A DNA stretch of 64,000 nt, taken from contig BDGG01000004.1 in assembly GCA_001949185.1 (NCBI GenBank), forward strand, positions 1,141,620 through 1,205,619. The letters are read 5' to 3'. Shown piece after piece: positions 44,301-57,767 of this stretch. How positions within the stretch are numbered: position 1 is the stretch's first letter; each line of letters begins with the position of its first letter. The notes under the pieces were generated by a model. The model searched no databases and was not told the DNA's origin. It worked only from the letters and a program-made list of their open reading frames with translations. Position numbers and translations under genes: made by a program. Origin of the DNA: Ramazzottius varieornatus (taxonomy: Eukaryota; Animalia; Tardigrada).

Positions 44301-47009
44301 ACTCCACACTTCTCTGCCGAAACCCATGTCCACAAGAAGCAGAACAAGGACTCCATGCACCAACGGAAAACATCGGTGTTTCTTCATACTTCATGGCGGC
44401 TTCGTCAATCTGGCCGGTATTCACGCCCCATTTGCCGTAGTCTATATCAAGGGAAGCCACCAAAGGTAAGGCTTGTTCTGAGTGTGGACCGTCTAACAGC
44501 CAGTCGTTGTTCGTTGCTGTTGGATCGTCGCGTTCCGGGCACTTTTTGGAGTCTTGACAGATTTTACGATCCGTCGGCTTGTCGGCCACGCTGCACAACG
44601 TAGGGTTGTCGTAGCCTTTGTGATCAAGGCACTTGACGGTCCGCACCTGCGTGCCATGTCCACAGGTGGCCGAGCAGGTCGACCATGACGAAGTCTGCCA
44701 TTGTGGACACGGGAAGTTGTGGCAGGTGCGTTGGGTGACAGGCTGCGTTTCTGTTCGGCAGAGAAAGTCACTGACGGCTTGACGCGTACCGTTGGACATG
44801 ACTTGTAGGCAGGAGACCCGACGGGCTTGCTGGCCTCCACCGCATTGTCGGGTACAGGGACCCCAACCGTCGCTGCTCCACTGGTATAGTCCTCTGTGGT
44901 TCTTCGTCGTTCCCGAACTGTGGCATGAGTGCTTGTTGCATTCCCGCAGTTGGGTAGCGGGGCGCGAGTCGTTGTCGCACAGAGCTTCGTCCACAGGAAG
45001 ACTGGTCTTTACTCCGACGCATACCGCTCTGCTACTCTGATAACCTAAAGAAAATTCCTAATCAAATACACAGTATTATAGTACGGGTTCAATAACTTAA
45101 CAAAAAATCGAAACTATTAATAATATAGCAGGATGAGTTCTGAGCAAAATAGCTCGTGGAAAATTATCCAGATAAAAAAGGTGGTCATCCGAAAACAAGA
45201 ACTTTAGTGATCAATCTTGAAAATACATCGTATTCTGTACACTCATGAGCATTAATAGTCATGTTTCGGCTCCGAATAGAAGTTTCTGTGCAGAAACCGT
45301 TTCGCGGTTTGCTCACTTCCGGCACAGAATATTAGCATAAAGGGATATTAGGCCGCGCGAGTTCAGCAGGGCATCGGAATTCGCGGGGCCTGTCATTTAG
45401 TCCTTTACTGGATAAAGCCCGGACTTCTTTCGCTTTTTCTGGCAATAGTTTCGGGAAGAAAATTATCTCTTCCTAACTTCAATGCTAGTTTCGGTCGAAA
45501 ACATGATGGATTTCGAGAAGGAACGAGAGCGGAAGTCAAGTGGCGCAATGTGGGAGAGGCGTGTAGCTCGGATCACTCGACGCGCCAAGTCCAATTCGCT
45601 GATTGGTCTGATCACGCTCCACTCCACCAAAATTTCAAATTTCGACCAAAGTGGTCAATAGTACAATCAACTCAGTTTGCACAGAATTTCAAATCCTGTG
45701 CAGCGATATTAGGCAAAACATAAGCCGTGGATAACTGCACAGCATAAAACCTATACTTATGCTGTGCAAGCCGAAAACGTGACTTACGAAACAGGTCCAA
45801 TAGATTGTTAGCACACTGAAAAAATATTTTTTGTTCTGTCTACGTACCTCCTCCACAAGGACGGCTGCAGTCGGAGAACGTGCCATCCTGCCATTTGTAC
45901 TGCTTGGCTTGTCCGCAAAGGCTGCCATCTCCTCCGCATACCCCGCAAGCATCGAGGCTTTGTTTTGATCCCAAAACCAAATCACATCCCACAGGCTAAA
46001 AAAACAACAAGTACGTATCAATCAGACTCCGAAGCGAGTTCACTGAATCGCTGTGCATCATTTATCTATAAGTTTTACCGTGCACACTCCATTGACGCAC
46101 ATATCGAGGGACCCATTCCGACACCGAGTACCATCGAGCACCTTGGGCGCCAGTTGTCGGTAAAAGCTGCCGTCCTCGACGGTACATGTCAAGGCACAAG
46201 GGTTCTTGGCCTGGAGGTAAGGTCGCCAGTTATACAGCTGTCCCTTGAAGGGAATGGGATTGTAGGCACGACACTGCTGCAGCCGGAAGTCTAGCTTTTT
46301 ATCCTGTTCTGTGCATGGCTGTATGTTGCAAAGTTTGTAGCGAACGGAAGGTCCTTCCTTTTGACATGTTTCCTTGTCCTTCTCGGGACAGATCCGTTGC
46401 TGAAAGGCAGCTCCGCCATCGCACGTGCGGGAACACTCGCTCCATTCACTCCATTCACTCCATTCACCATCCGAGTCATTCCCATTATCCAGCCAGGTAT
46501 CGGTGGACGGGGCGGACGTTAGTCGTTTGTCCAGAGTAGAAGGACTGGCGAAAATCATAGCTTGCGCAACTGACACCTGGATACATCAGAAAAGTATTTT
46601 GGCGTATAGTTGATATTGTTCGTTTAAATTTTCTAAAGGTTTTTTGAAAAGTTTTGAAAATTTAGCCAAAAACTTTTTTGGTCTTCACAATTGTCAAATT
46701 TGTACAGTAAGATAATTTAATGGTGCTTGTCGTTACGGTATGGGGCACGCTACAGTATCGTTACATACTGCTTGCTGATGCATGAAATCGCGCTTGAGTA
46801 ACGCGGATAATCATCATGAGCACGAGGACCCAGAAAACATGCTCTTCGATGGGTCTTCCTCGCTTTACTGTGCCGCGAGCTCTCAGCTGTCAAAACAAGT
46901 CATGTCTACAGAGGTTATTTGTTGCACTTACACACAAAAGGAAATAAAGAAGAAGAAATCCAATTATCCGTGACGGAGGACTGTTGTGTGCGCGCGCTGA
47001 TCCTTGCAT
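41317..47009 (-). CDS. madd-4: ADAMTS-like secreted protein (punctin/MADD-4/ADAMTSL1-3 family)
   Basis: Signal peptide (RIIGFLLLYFLLC|VSVAQA; exon 47009-46932), TSP1 (WSEWSEWSECSRTCDGG), Cys-rich module (KVLDGTRC..MCVNGVC), many TSP1 repeats, one Ig domain and a terminal PLAC domain (CKDHFKYC..LC..YRLRCCQTC). No metalloprotease domain. Confidence 0.88.
45260..45505. repeat. Degenerate fold-back element in an ADAMTSL intron
   Basis: taaagggatattaggccgcgcgagttc pairs with gaattcgcggggcctgtcatttagtccttta; outer arms atgtttcggc..gaagtt / aacttc..cgaaaacat. Confidence 0.45.
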
Positions 47010-50000
47010 TCTCGCAGTCGCGACAACGTCCAAACAGAAGCGTGCAGGATTACATCAGGATAGAACCAGCGATGAACGATGTCATCAGAAGTGATAATAA
47101 AGTCCAGCTTTCGTAGGGATTTCAAGGGCGTCACAACGATTCAGGAGATCGCGGATTCGCGATCAGGTTATGATCGACTGTCAAATAAAAGTTATCAGAC
47201 CGAAGAAGATCCGTAACTCGCAAACCTGCATACTCATATTCCCAGTAAGTTGGTAGTTTGTGTATGCAGGTGAGCCAGACTGTTTGCCGCCTTTAGGGAC
47301 AAACGAGCTGCTAAAGGAGAATGACATATTCTTTGGACTTACATGAAATGGTGAAAAGCAGGAGAAAGTTCCGCGTTCGTGTAAACAAAAGGTCCGCCAC
47401 TTGAGCGGAAGCCGCATGGTAACGAACAAGTTTGGTCCTTGAACGAAATGGTCAAGCGGGATGATAATGCGGCGCGGGCGAGTCCCTGATTGACTGGTGA
47501 GTGAACAGCTACAGCATAGAATCTATCTATTTCCTAGCCGGTCAAAGTGCTGTATAATTATAGCGATAGGCAGTCCTGCCAAGCAGTGCTTCATCCAGTC
47601 AAGCGGCAGGAATTGGTTATGATGTTGTTGATGGGCGCAATTGAATTTCCTCTTTGAATTAAAGGAAAACGATTGACATCTAGCCAAGGAAGGAACCTGA
47701 TTCCTCCGCGATCGCTCTACGATGGACAACAAACAAGCAATTAGATTATCGTCTAACATTCCCTCACATTCACACTGTGCTACAAAACGCAGATCATTTT
47801 TTCGTGAAAAGAAAACCCACTGACAAAATGTTCCGAAATTTGGTCTGTATTTTAGGTTGTTCTTATTTGGATGAAAACTGTGGGATAAAATGACTGGTTG
47901 GAATAGAGTTCGGTTTGTTATTGTTCGAGGGATATGACTGGAAAATGTTGATGGGCGACCTTTGGACAACCCAGAGGAAACGCCCTTCTTCACCAGTAAT
48001 GACAGTGCTGCAGTATGAATAGAAGTCCGTAGAATGGATAGTCTTCGGATATGAAGATGGAAGTCGTAGGATGGATTGACCGCTATCCATCAGCCATCTA
48101 CTGTGTTCCATCTTCTACTTAACGATAATCACTACACACTGGATTTACACCATAATGTCACTGCAACTTCCATCGGGCCATTCAGGAAAAGCTAGCTTTC
48201 CTTCCCTCCAGCCAAACTATGCGGTCGCAAACCACAAACATAGCATGGGCCAGTTCATAATGCGCCACACAGTTCGCTTTTGCCGGAAGAGATGTCCACT
48301 TCATGTTGTCGATCTTCGCAGCTCAAACAAGTGCATCCCGATGACCACTCACTTTGGGACTGAGTTAAGAACAGCGCTCGTTTGGCTCAGATTCGATCAT
48401 TCGAGAATTTACTTTCGTGAAGTGATGGCTCTCCACGGTATACTGAAGACAATACTGAGCCTTCCTTCGACATGTGATCGAATGATAATTTGATTCACTT
48501 TAATTCAAGAGCCCGTTGCGCGATGGGAGCAAGCTCGGCCGGGAGCCGGCAAACGGGAGGTACAAATCTTTCATCCACCTGCATACAACAAGCTGTACCA
48601 GAACTGTGGTATCTGGTGTGCAGGTGAACGCAACTGTATCGCGGTTTCTCGGTTTGTTTTGTTGTAAATTGCCCAAAGGTGAAAGATAAACTTCACAGAT
48701 GGGCCTCGCAATACTTTCTGGTCGCGCGTTATGCATGAACTTTTTATGAGGGGATAATATAATGAATATGGACAATAAAGTTAAGGGGGTGGATTGCTTG
48801 GCGTTGTAAAGAGATTAAACTTTATTGAAAGGCACGAAATGAATGGGCCATTTGGCTGACGCGTTATGCTGTTGGATCAACATACTGTAAATCGTTTTGA
48901 TTCAACAATAGTCACGATGGACAATGGCATATATATATCTGCTGTGGGCGTCTTCTCTGAATGCCCAGCTTCATGATGATGGGGACCACACCATCGCCGT
49001 GTAATAAGTGCCAGAAGGTGAATACAGCCAATCTCATCCAAGCCATATTTATGGCGACTGCTAGGGTTGCGGAATAATTGGCAGTGTGCGATATGTACCG
49101 GAATATTTGAAATACCCGCCAGCGCCTTTCCTAATATACCGGTTCCCAAAACTTTCCCCTTTGAAAGACAAAAAACGGTCGCTCTGCCCTCACAGACGCC
49201 GGTCTGGCTCCGACAGTGTGAGTTTATGGGTTTTGGATATAATCAGTCAGATTTTTTTGCAGAAACTTTTCCTCCAAAATATCTGTCGTAATTTTGTAGG
49301 GCGGAGATAAAATTTCAGTTTTTTCGCGGTTACGAGTAGATCAGTCATCAGTACTTTTCCACTTTCGATTAGGCGATCTAATTTAAACTAATTACATTGT
49401 GGCTCCCGCCGCGTCGGAAACAACGCCGTTGGGAAGTTTGCTCGTTCCAATGCCAGCAGCGCTGGGAACAAAGACCCTTTTGAAACTGACGCAAATATTT
49501 TGCCGCAAAATCTGTCACTGCTTTACGCTTCGCCAGACCTTACTGATTTACCTTCACAGAAAACGATTAAGCCAATAGAGTTCGCGGAAGCTCTTGTTAA
49601 CCGTGTTCCACATCCGGGTTCGTAAACGGTGAGCAGCAGAAACTCCAGAAGCCGTGAAACACTGTGGAATAAATAGTAGGTCTGTATTGGACCAATTGAA
49701 ACTTCCTGCTATCAGTATAAAATGTAGAGAATATGTGGGAAAATGATACTTACAGCGGCAAAATACGTGTGGCTATTAATCAAGGTGCGACTGTGCGATG
49801 GTCCGGAGAACGGGAAGAAGAGCAAAGTGGGCGTGGCTGGGAGCACTTCCCTTTCTTTCGTCCAGCTTGCAAAGAAGCGCACTACAATAGACGACGTACA
49901 AGTGCATTCAGAAGAAAGTATTCGTGAAAATGACTCAAAAAGAAGTTTACCGTAGAACTGGCAAGGTTGAACGTGGCAGTTGACTTGTCAAAATATCAAA

Positions 50001-51067
50001 AGTCCCGCTGTAGGCGCCAAGCATCCCAACGATGATTGTGTAACAGAGCGCGGGAAGATGATTGCTGGCGGGTGCTTTGCGGGTTCGTCCCTAATGCTCA
50101 AAAAATCTGCCTGTATATGGCGCTAATGCTCATACACCATAAAAGCCTAGTTTGTCTGCCGAAGAGCTCTACTCGTGCACAATCCCTAACTTCTCCACTC
50201 GCTCAGTCAACGTCTTGTGCCACATCCTGTCTATAAATCCTTTCTTCTGGCTCTTCCTTCCCCATACATGCAGTCATCCCATTTACTCATCTCTATCCAT
50301 CCGCAATCAGCATGGGCCTGGCTCCCATTTCATCCCCTTCCATCTGACTGGCGCCAAGATATGTGCAGCGGGAGACTGTATACGTTGTTTGCATGCTGAG
50401 AGGCATGTTTCTTGCCGCGCGCGCTGCCCATGCAAACTCGTCCTAGCAGCAGATATGATCGGGGGATGGCATAATTTCCGCTCCAGATACATTGTAGATC
50501 TTGGAGCGACAGTGGAGTTTGCTGACTTTAAGGAAACCATGCTTGCGGCAGTCATAACTGCAATCTCCATTTGTACATCAGCAACTCTGGAGGCTATAAC
50601 GTTAACCTCTACCCATCGGTATTAAGTAGCGATGGCTCCAATCGAGAGTCGGATGTGGATGAAACGGGAACGACAGTCGTCTAAGCTTTAAATTGCACTA
50701 GATCGACAGCGGCGACCCGCTCCAGCTTCTTCCTTCTTTTGTGCCACAATTCAACCCCAAGAAAGCTTTCAAGAGATTCATTAACATATATGACAGTGAC
50801 ACCAAGCTAAGTGGGGTATAGTTGGTGCCACAGCTCATGTCAACGATGTGATGATATGGCTCCATAACAATCATTCATGCCCGCTATGTACTACAGTCAA
50901 TGTCTTTCTGGATCAACTGAAGTCCAGCAAACTTTCATCTCCAATATCTCCTTATGTTGTCGAGCTTCAGGTTCTGCCCCGCATACTATCAGCTGCTTAG
51001 CACGGTTGTCCGTTCGTAGATAGTTGACAGAGTTCAGAACAGAACAGGGTTCTTCAATGAACTTCAC

Positions 51068-54000
51068 TCATCTGTGCGAGGGAAACCCTGGGAGTATCCC
51101 CGCAGTCGCAATGTCTTCGTCATCTTGGACGGGTTTATTTCTGCCCGTAGGTGGTCGAGCCAACTTCGGCATGTTCCTCGTCGACGCTGTAGGTGGGCGT
51201 ACTTCCGCTAGAAAAAAAAAGTTTATTTCTGTTTGGGCGTGTCCATGTGAAAAGTAGAATGTCTGATGTAGCCTGTCTCGACTCATACGCCGTTACGCAC
51301 CAAAAGCTGCCAGGTCACTGTCATCCAGGTCCAGACTGACGTTCTTCAGGCTTTGGTAATCCGACGTAGGAAGACCGGAAGTGGCTTTTCGACCAGTGGT
51401 CAGTCGACCATCGCCAAAATTCTGAGTAATGCTGGCTGTCGATGCCCGCGACACTGGCGCAGCTTCTACTGAGGAACCCTGGCGAAAGACGAACTGCAAT
51501 TCTTTTTGGTATTTCGCGATGTCTGTTGGCGCCACCTGTAGTTCTTGTGACATCCGAATCAGCAACTTCAGGCCTACAACCGCGAAAGCTCGGAAATTTA
51601 GAAGCGACCCAAACCAGACTTGCTCGGAAATGAGTCATAAAAGATTTCTCTCTACAATCGATGTTATCCGGGAACCGGTGGTGCAGGTCCACAAAAGCAT
51701 TGTAGGCGTCGGTGAGATGTCCAGCTCGCCGCATGGCGTTTGCCATCAGCAAACCCCATTTGGCTGTCTGTGGCCTGTTAGAAACCAACTCCCATTATGA
51801 AGTGTATGTCCACGGAAAGCATACAACTACTCCACGCGTATTCCGTTTCAGGTACCGATATTTCTTCTGGACTTACTCAAGGTCGGCTGCTTGGGCGAAG
51901 TAAGTGATGGCTTTTTCCGGGAACTGGCTGGTGACGAAGAAACGACCCAGCCAGTTCAGGACCTCCAGGTTGGTTGGACACACACGGTGGGACTACAATG
52001 GACCAAAGAATTATTTATACGGTCTACGCGTATAATCTCATCCAGTATACAAGGACAACGAACCTCGTTATAGTACCACAGGGCCGCGCCCGTATCCCCT
52101 AGTTTGTGCGCCAATTGTCCCAGCCGTTGAAGTACCAATGGTTCGCCAGGATAAAGCGCAAAGATCTTTTCGAAAAAGGCGAACGCCTCGGCAAACTGCT
52201 CGGCTTCTTCGTACCTAAATTTACGACAGCATCGTATGAAATGAGAAATTTTCAGACATCATAAAAGCTTCGCTTACAACTGGGCAATTTGAAACAGCAC
52301 AGTTGGTCTCTGTCCGTGCGCGCTGTAGAGCTTCTGGAAAATTGTCATTGCGTCCTGCGGATTCCCAAGGCCTTTCAAAGCCATCCCTAATCAGACCGGT
52401 TTTCAGTAGCAACTCGCATCTGACACTAAAAAACGTAAGCAGTGAAAAACAAATACCAGCGTAGTAGCTGCTGCGGAAATCAGCGGAGTTCAGCATGGCG
52501 GCTTCCTGGAAGTAGTGCAGTGCTTCGGCATAATTCGCTTCGGCATACTCTACAGATCCCAGATTCGTGCAAGCTGCAACGAACAGTGCTTAAATGGACC
52601 GATCAGAGGAACAATTGCGCAGGTTGACGGACAGCGACCCGGAAGCGACGTCGACAAGGTGCTTACCTTGCAGGCTAAGCTTATTGGACGCATAAGATCG
52701 TTTGGCGAATTCCCGAGCTTCTTGCACATTATTTCGCTAGACAGGAAACAGAAGTAAAAATTGTAGGGTAAATCGACGCCTGTTCGCAAAACAGGAACAA
52801 AGACAGCTTACGTGGAAAGTGAGAAAGCACAAGAGGTCGCAGTACTGTGAACGGAAAACATCCTCTTCCTCGTCCCTGTCATGAGAAGACAAGATCTCCA
52901 TAGCCTAGAACGAAAGTAAGGTAAACTTGAGAAGTAAATCACACGCGATAATGTAATGTGGAGGAACAAGAATACCTTGGTCAAGTTTTGCTGTTCGAGG
53001 TACAGCAACGCCTTGGCCATTTCCAAAGCAGGTATCACTGCCGATGCCCACTTTGATTCGCCCAGCTCCTCGATGCACCTTGCGGAAAATACGTTGTGTG
53101 AATAAAAAGGAACCGAAAATTCCTCGGATTTTCAAACGACGTTGCTGAACGACAATACGGTGGCTTGTTCGATTCTTACTGGTCATATCCGGCGATAACA
53201 TCAGGGTTACGATGAGCCATCAGTTGGCTGGCATTTCTAATGTATCTCACGTAGTGCTCCATCCTGGAGAAAATTTGGTGACAAGTCGTTAGTCGTAGGG
53301 ATACCTCGAACATAGTGCAGCTTAATAGTGCGCAATAGTTTACTTCGGGCCATGCTTACTGAATTTTCGGCCATAGACGCGAGGTGGCGTCTTGCATCTG
53401 GCCCACACTCAGTTGACCCGGCGCCGACGACGACGGTCTTTTGTCCAGAGAGACCGGAAGCTGGACACCAAGCAGTTTGGTGTAAGATTGCTGGAGCTTG
53501 TTCTCTGGTGCTTTCATGGCGACAAGAGCCACCAGACTGTTAAAGGCTGCCTTTGCACTGTACGGTGCATCCTGAAGGATCATCTGGCAGTACTTGTAAG
53601 CTGTATCCCAACGACCTAGCTGTACGTGACAGGCAGCAGCTTCGTTCAATGCGGCGACGCTGAGAACCAAGAGATTTGCACCGCTAAGTACTTCCTGTAT
53701 GCAATGGTCAGGTTTACCGTAGATGTCCGGAGTCGTCCGGTAGATCGTCCAATAGTCTGTGAAGAAACGTCAGCGTGGTCTGATACGCTCCGCGTCGTCG
53801 ATGAAGTACAATGACGCGGAGGAGAACAGAAGCTGTAACACGAAATCAGCAGCAAAATGTCAGTCTCCGCCAAACAAAAACTAATCGAGAGAATTTCACC
53901 TTGCTCTTCTTTGGTCGAGGCGGTCAAGTTGTCAAGGAGGTTATTGTAGACGGTCACCGCTTCGTCGTATTTGGAGCAAGCCGTCAGCACTTCCGCTTGG

Positions 54001-55810
54001 TACCATCCAAGCTACAAAATACAGCCGTACAATTTTTGTGAGGCGATTTTTCGCACAAAAGAAGTGCCCCCACCTTCGATAGCAGAGGACGAAGGTGATG
54101 TTCCTTGTCGGCTGCGCTCCAGTCCTCTATCTCCACCATTCTTTTGCGAATTTTGAAGCAGTCTTTCATCTTGTCCAAAGCCTAGGAATATCGAATCCCA
54201 TAAACTACCGGTAACAGTTTCCCACCAACTCTCAAAGTATACTTGTACTGACTTTTTGTGATGAGTTCTCTAAAACCAGCACAGCAATTTGGTCCATGAT
54301 AACGTTCAACTCCTTTTCCCAGGCTTTAAAGTCAGCCAACGCCCTGAAACCAACACAAACCAACTAATGATTTTTGAAATAGGAGCATACTTCTGGTCCT
54401 CATTCTTCTGGTCCTCACGCAGTGGAAGAAGACCAGGCGATCAAGTACGTATAACGACTGAGGTGCAAAGCTAACAATACCAACCTTTTAGAAGGCTGAT
54501 CAGTATCGCTTTGGCCAGGTTCTAACGAAGGAACCATCACGGGTGTTCCCGATGAAAGTCGACCACTCGGGCTTCCGACACCGGAACTTCCGCTTGTGCT
54601 GCGCCCACCTACAGTACATCTTCTTTTAACACTCTGCGTACGACCGTCCTCTTTGTGTATACAATCACTCAGTTTTATTCACCTCCCAGTTTAGCTTTCG
54701 GTCTTTCGGGTCTGGGTCTTTTTGTTTGCATGTACCTCGGTCTCCTCACCAAAGCAACACTAATGACCAGCGGTCAGCAAAGCCCCAGCACGCTGGAAAT
54801 TTTTTCTACGGTTTCGGGTGGTTTCGATGAAATTTGGTGTTTCGTCTCTTCGCGCGAGACACGTGCACGGTATTCGCTTAGAAAAAAACCGGAGCACTGG
54901 GGACAGTCTTATCTATCGAAGCCGAGCCTGGGATAAATTTTGTAGTCATCAGTGCGGTCAGAAGAAAATCAAGACGACCAGTTCTCCTTTTTGAGATTTG
55001 GCGTTTATGGCCTGCCAATTATCTGAAATTTCGAAAATTGCCTATTGGTTGGACCAGCCTCCGCAGCACGGTACGAGCCAATAAAATTCCTGTATACACA
55101 AAGAGGACGGTAGTATTCTGCAAACATGAAAACGATCGTGCTGAAAGTGTTAACGAAGCTAATATCGAAATGTTTCGTGAGAGATAGAATAATGTAATAA
55201 GAATCTGCTTCGTTCTTGAATGGAAACTCGCATGTCCAACAACCAGATCTCACTTTTGGCGGTGTAGCCAGCTCCTCGAGTGGACGATGCCGGTCGAAAT
55301 GAGTCCTGCAATCCACAATAAGCTACACGAGCTCGTCCAAGCGATTGCTTTGATACACCCATCGACAAAAAAGTGAAAATCCCTCCTTTTTCGCTGGGCT
55401 TACGGTTTTGTTGGCAGAAAAAAGTTGTTGTCCATTGGAGCGTCTTCCGATAGCTTTGGCCTACATGGAGAGTAGAGTCTATAAACATTTGCAAGCCTAG
55501 CAGAAATATATCATCCCACCGTCTGAACTCCAATGCGAGACTCTGGCCGCGTTCGTGAGCCTTGTCCATTATTAGCTTGGCCAGAGCGACTGCTTTGGGT
55601 TACACGTTGTAAAACCGCATCTTCTGCTACTTGCTGTAAACAAGAACAGTCCATAATCAGTCAATTATCTTATACTCGTATATTGTATTTCCAAAAGGGC
55701 TATCTTACTTTTTGGGTGTCGAGTAAGGAGGCCTCGTCGAATCCTTGATACAACTCGTCAAAATCATCCGCGGCAGATCGCAGGCTGGCTCGACTCTGGA
55801 GACCCGCCAT
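51068..55810 (-). CDS. IFT88: Intraflagellar transport protein 88 (divergent), TPR protein
   Basis: N-terminal DDFDELYQGFDE, RPASSTRGAGYT, LEMAKALLYL, PTNLEVLNWLG..EKAITYF..KWGLLMANAMRRAG..HHRFPDNIDCLKLLIR and C-terminal RPPT..DDED are colinear with IFT88. About 19 phase-consistent exons with no disabling lesion found. Confidence 0.85.
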
Positions 55811-56305
55811 CGTGGTTTCAAGGGATTATCTTTTTTATAATATTTTCAGGTATTTTGGACGAAACCTGTCTTCAAAAGCCTCTTACCTTGTTCTACTGTA
55901 AATGCGAAATAATACGAAGGAACATGAAAACGTAGATCGATATGGCAGGAGGAACTAATCGATGCAGCCGAATCTGCATACCTGCATCCATACCGCTTAC
56001 AAGCTTTCTCCCCGTCACATACCGGCAATCGGCACATAGATGTGGAGAGCTTTACCACACACCGGCCGTACATGACATTACTCTAGCCACCAAGTTCTGC
56101 CTAGGTCAACCGGGCGGGTCAAGAACTCAAAATGGACAGAAGCCTGTCTGACCAAAGGTCGCCGAGATTTCTCCGAATCCGGTCGTGTGCACCTAATTGA
56201 CTTTCGAAAGTGACCGAACTGAAATTGGTAGTTTACTGCAGCGACTTGAATTTAATGATACAATGCAACTAATTTCAAACCACACAAGATTGTTTACTGA
56301 GGTTT

Positions 56306-56855
56306 TCAGGTGTAGCCCGTTTCCGAAACGCGCGGTGAAGGACGGCTAGGCTTCTTGCGGGCGGTTGGGCGTTGTGAAGTTGTCTTTGTAGGTTTCCTCC
56401 CTTTTCGCACTGGCCGCGGTGTCTGGTCGAGTAGTGGTCGCGATAGACCACCGCTGGCCTTCAGTATATCGAACAGCGCGTTGATGTAGTGGATCGCTAG
56501 ACGTAAAGTCGCGATCTTGGAAAGGCGTTGATGGTCCGCCAGATTGGAGCGAGGAACCACCTGGAAACAAGCAGCTTTGACAAGTTTTCCTCTTACAGGC
56601 TTCAGAGACTGGTATCTATCAATAGAACGTTCTGCCAATAGCTAGTGATAGACTCACCGCTCGGAGCTGATCAAAGGCAGTGTTGAGAGCATGCATGCGG
56701 GAGCGTTCCCTCAGAGTTGCGGTGGAACCGTTAATTGGCGAACTCACTTCCTCGTTCAGATGGCCAAGCGGCTCGGTCCTGGTCGTGGCAGTGTCGAGGG
56801 CGATTCTACGGTTCCATGGTTGTGCGAGGTCCCCAGCACTGGGCTGCTCTTCCAT
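56306..56855 (-). CDS. Class A (atonal/twist superfamily) bHLH transcription factor
   Basis: ATLRERSRMHALNTAFDQLRA|VVPRSNLADHQRLSKIATLRLAIHYINALFDIL; exons 56855-56658 and 56560-56306. The start is uncertain. Confidence 0.85.
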
Positions 56856-57767
56856 CGCAGCTGGGGAACTGGCTCCGATCCGTCAAGGCTTCACGATCGA
56901 ATACAAACGTGGAAGGTCTATGCGGTATGCTGTGGTGACATTTTCGAACTGAGATCATCCGCAAAGAGGCCATCATCTGAACTGTCCTCCATTTCTACTT
57001 CTCTAAGGAAAATGGTATGTATTTCGTCAAGAAAAATGATTGAGATGTCAAATGAATCACTGATAAAATTTGCAATCCGGATGCCAAGCGCACCATTTGA
57101 ATGATTTGAAAGTTTTGAGCCCTTTCTGCCTGAATGAAATATGGCGATGTTTCGGTATCAGGTTGTTCATATTCCGGAAATACCCCGATAAGCAGATGTT
57201 GATGAGGAGGTCTGAGCAACCAGAGTCTACGTACGATGCGCTCAATTAATCAAACCCCTCTAAAGTCTAAAAATGGACACCGTCACACCGGACATGTGAG
57301 GCACAGCAGCAGTGGACGCATGCCTGGTGGCAGCAATATTCAGAACCTCCCACGTTGCGCCACTACTCATATCTGAGCGAGCGTCAGCAGCGCACAAAAC
57401 CCTGTAGTTCTATATTACTTGACAGTACCTCAAGCTTCGGAACGACCTTCCTTCGTCAGCGCAATCCTTTTCACCACTGCTCTCACGTAGCTCGAATGCC
57501 ACAAAAATCACACAACACCTGCAAGAACGATAGGTTTATTCACTCTGGTTGAACTAGCGGTTCGCACAGGACACCATAAAATCCTTGAGAAATTCTTAAC
57601 GATAGATTCTTGCATCGTCATAACATACATCATAAAACAAAAAAAAACAACAGTGGATTAAAAAGTGAGAAATTTCCTTGAGAATATGATAACACAACAA
57701 AATTTAATAGAGGAAGGAAAGTGTTACCAGGCATGGGGAGACTCCATTGTACTGACATCACAGTATA

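Noticed and set aside
46435-46470. 9-bp tandem repeat (ctccattca)n
   Set aside because: It encodes the WSEWSEW motif of the TSP1 domain and is not an independent repeat.
47100-51000. Many 60-157 aa ORFs upstream of ADAMTSL
   Set aside because: No domain motifs or consistent splice pattern; treated as UTR, intron or intergenic sequence.
54683-54731. Possible IFT88 first exon MQTKRPRPERPKAKLG
   Set aside because: The true IFT88-like N-terminus lies upstream at 55810 and splices in phase past this segment.
56918-56992. Acidic 24-codon ORF upstream of the bHLH start
   Set aside because: It is out of frame with the CDS and only a weak donor could join them; I cannot distinguish a uORF, a first exon or chance.
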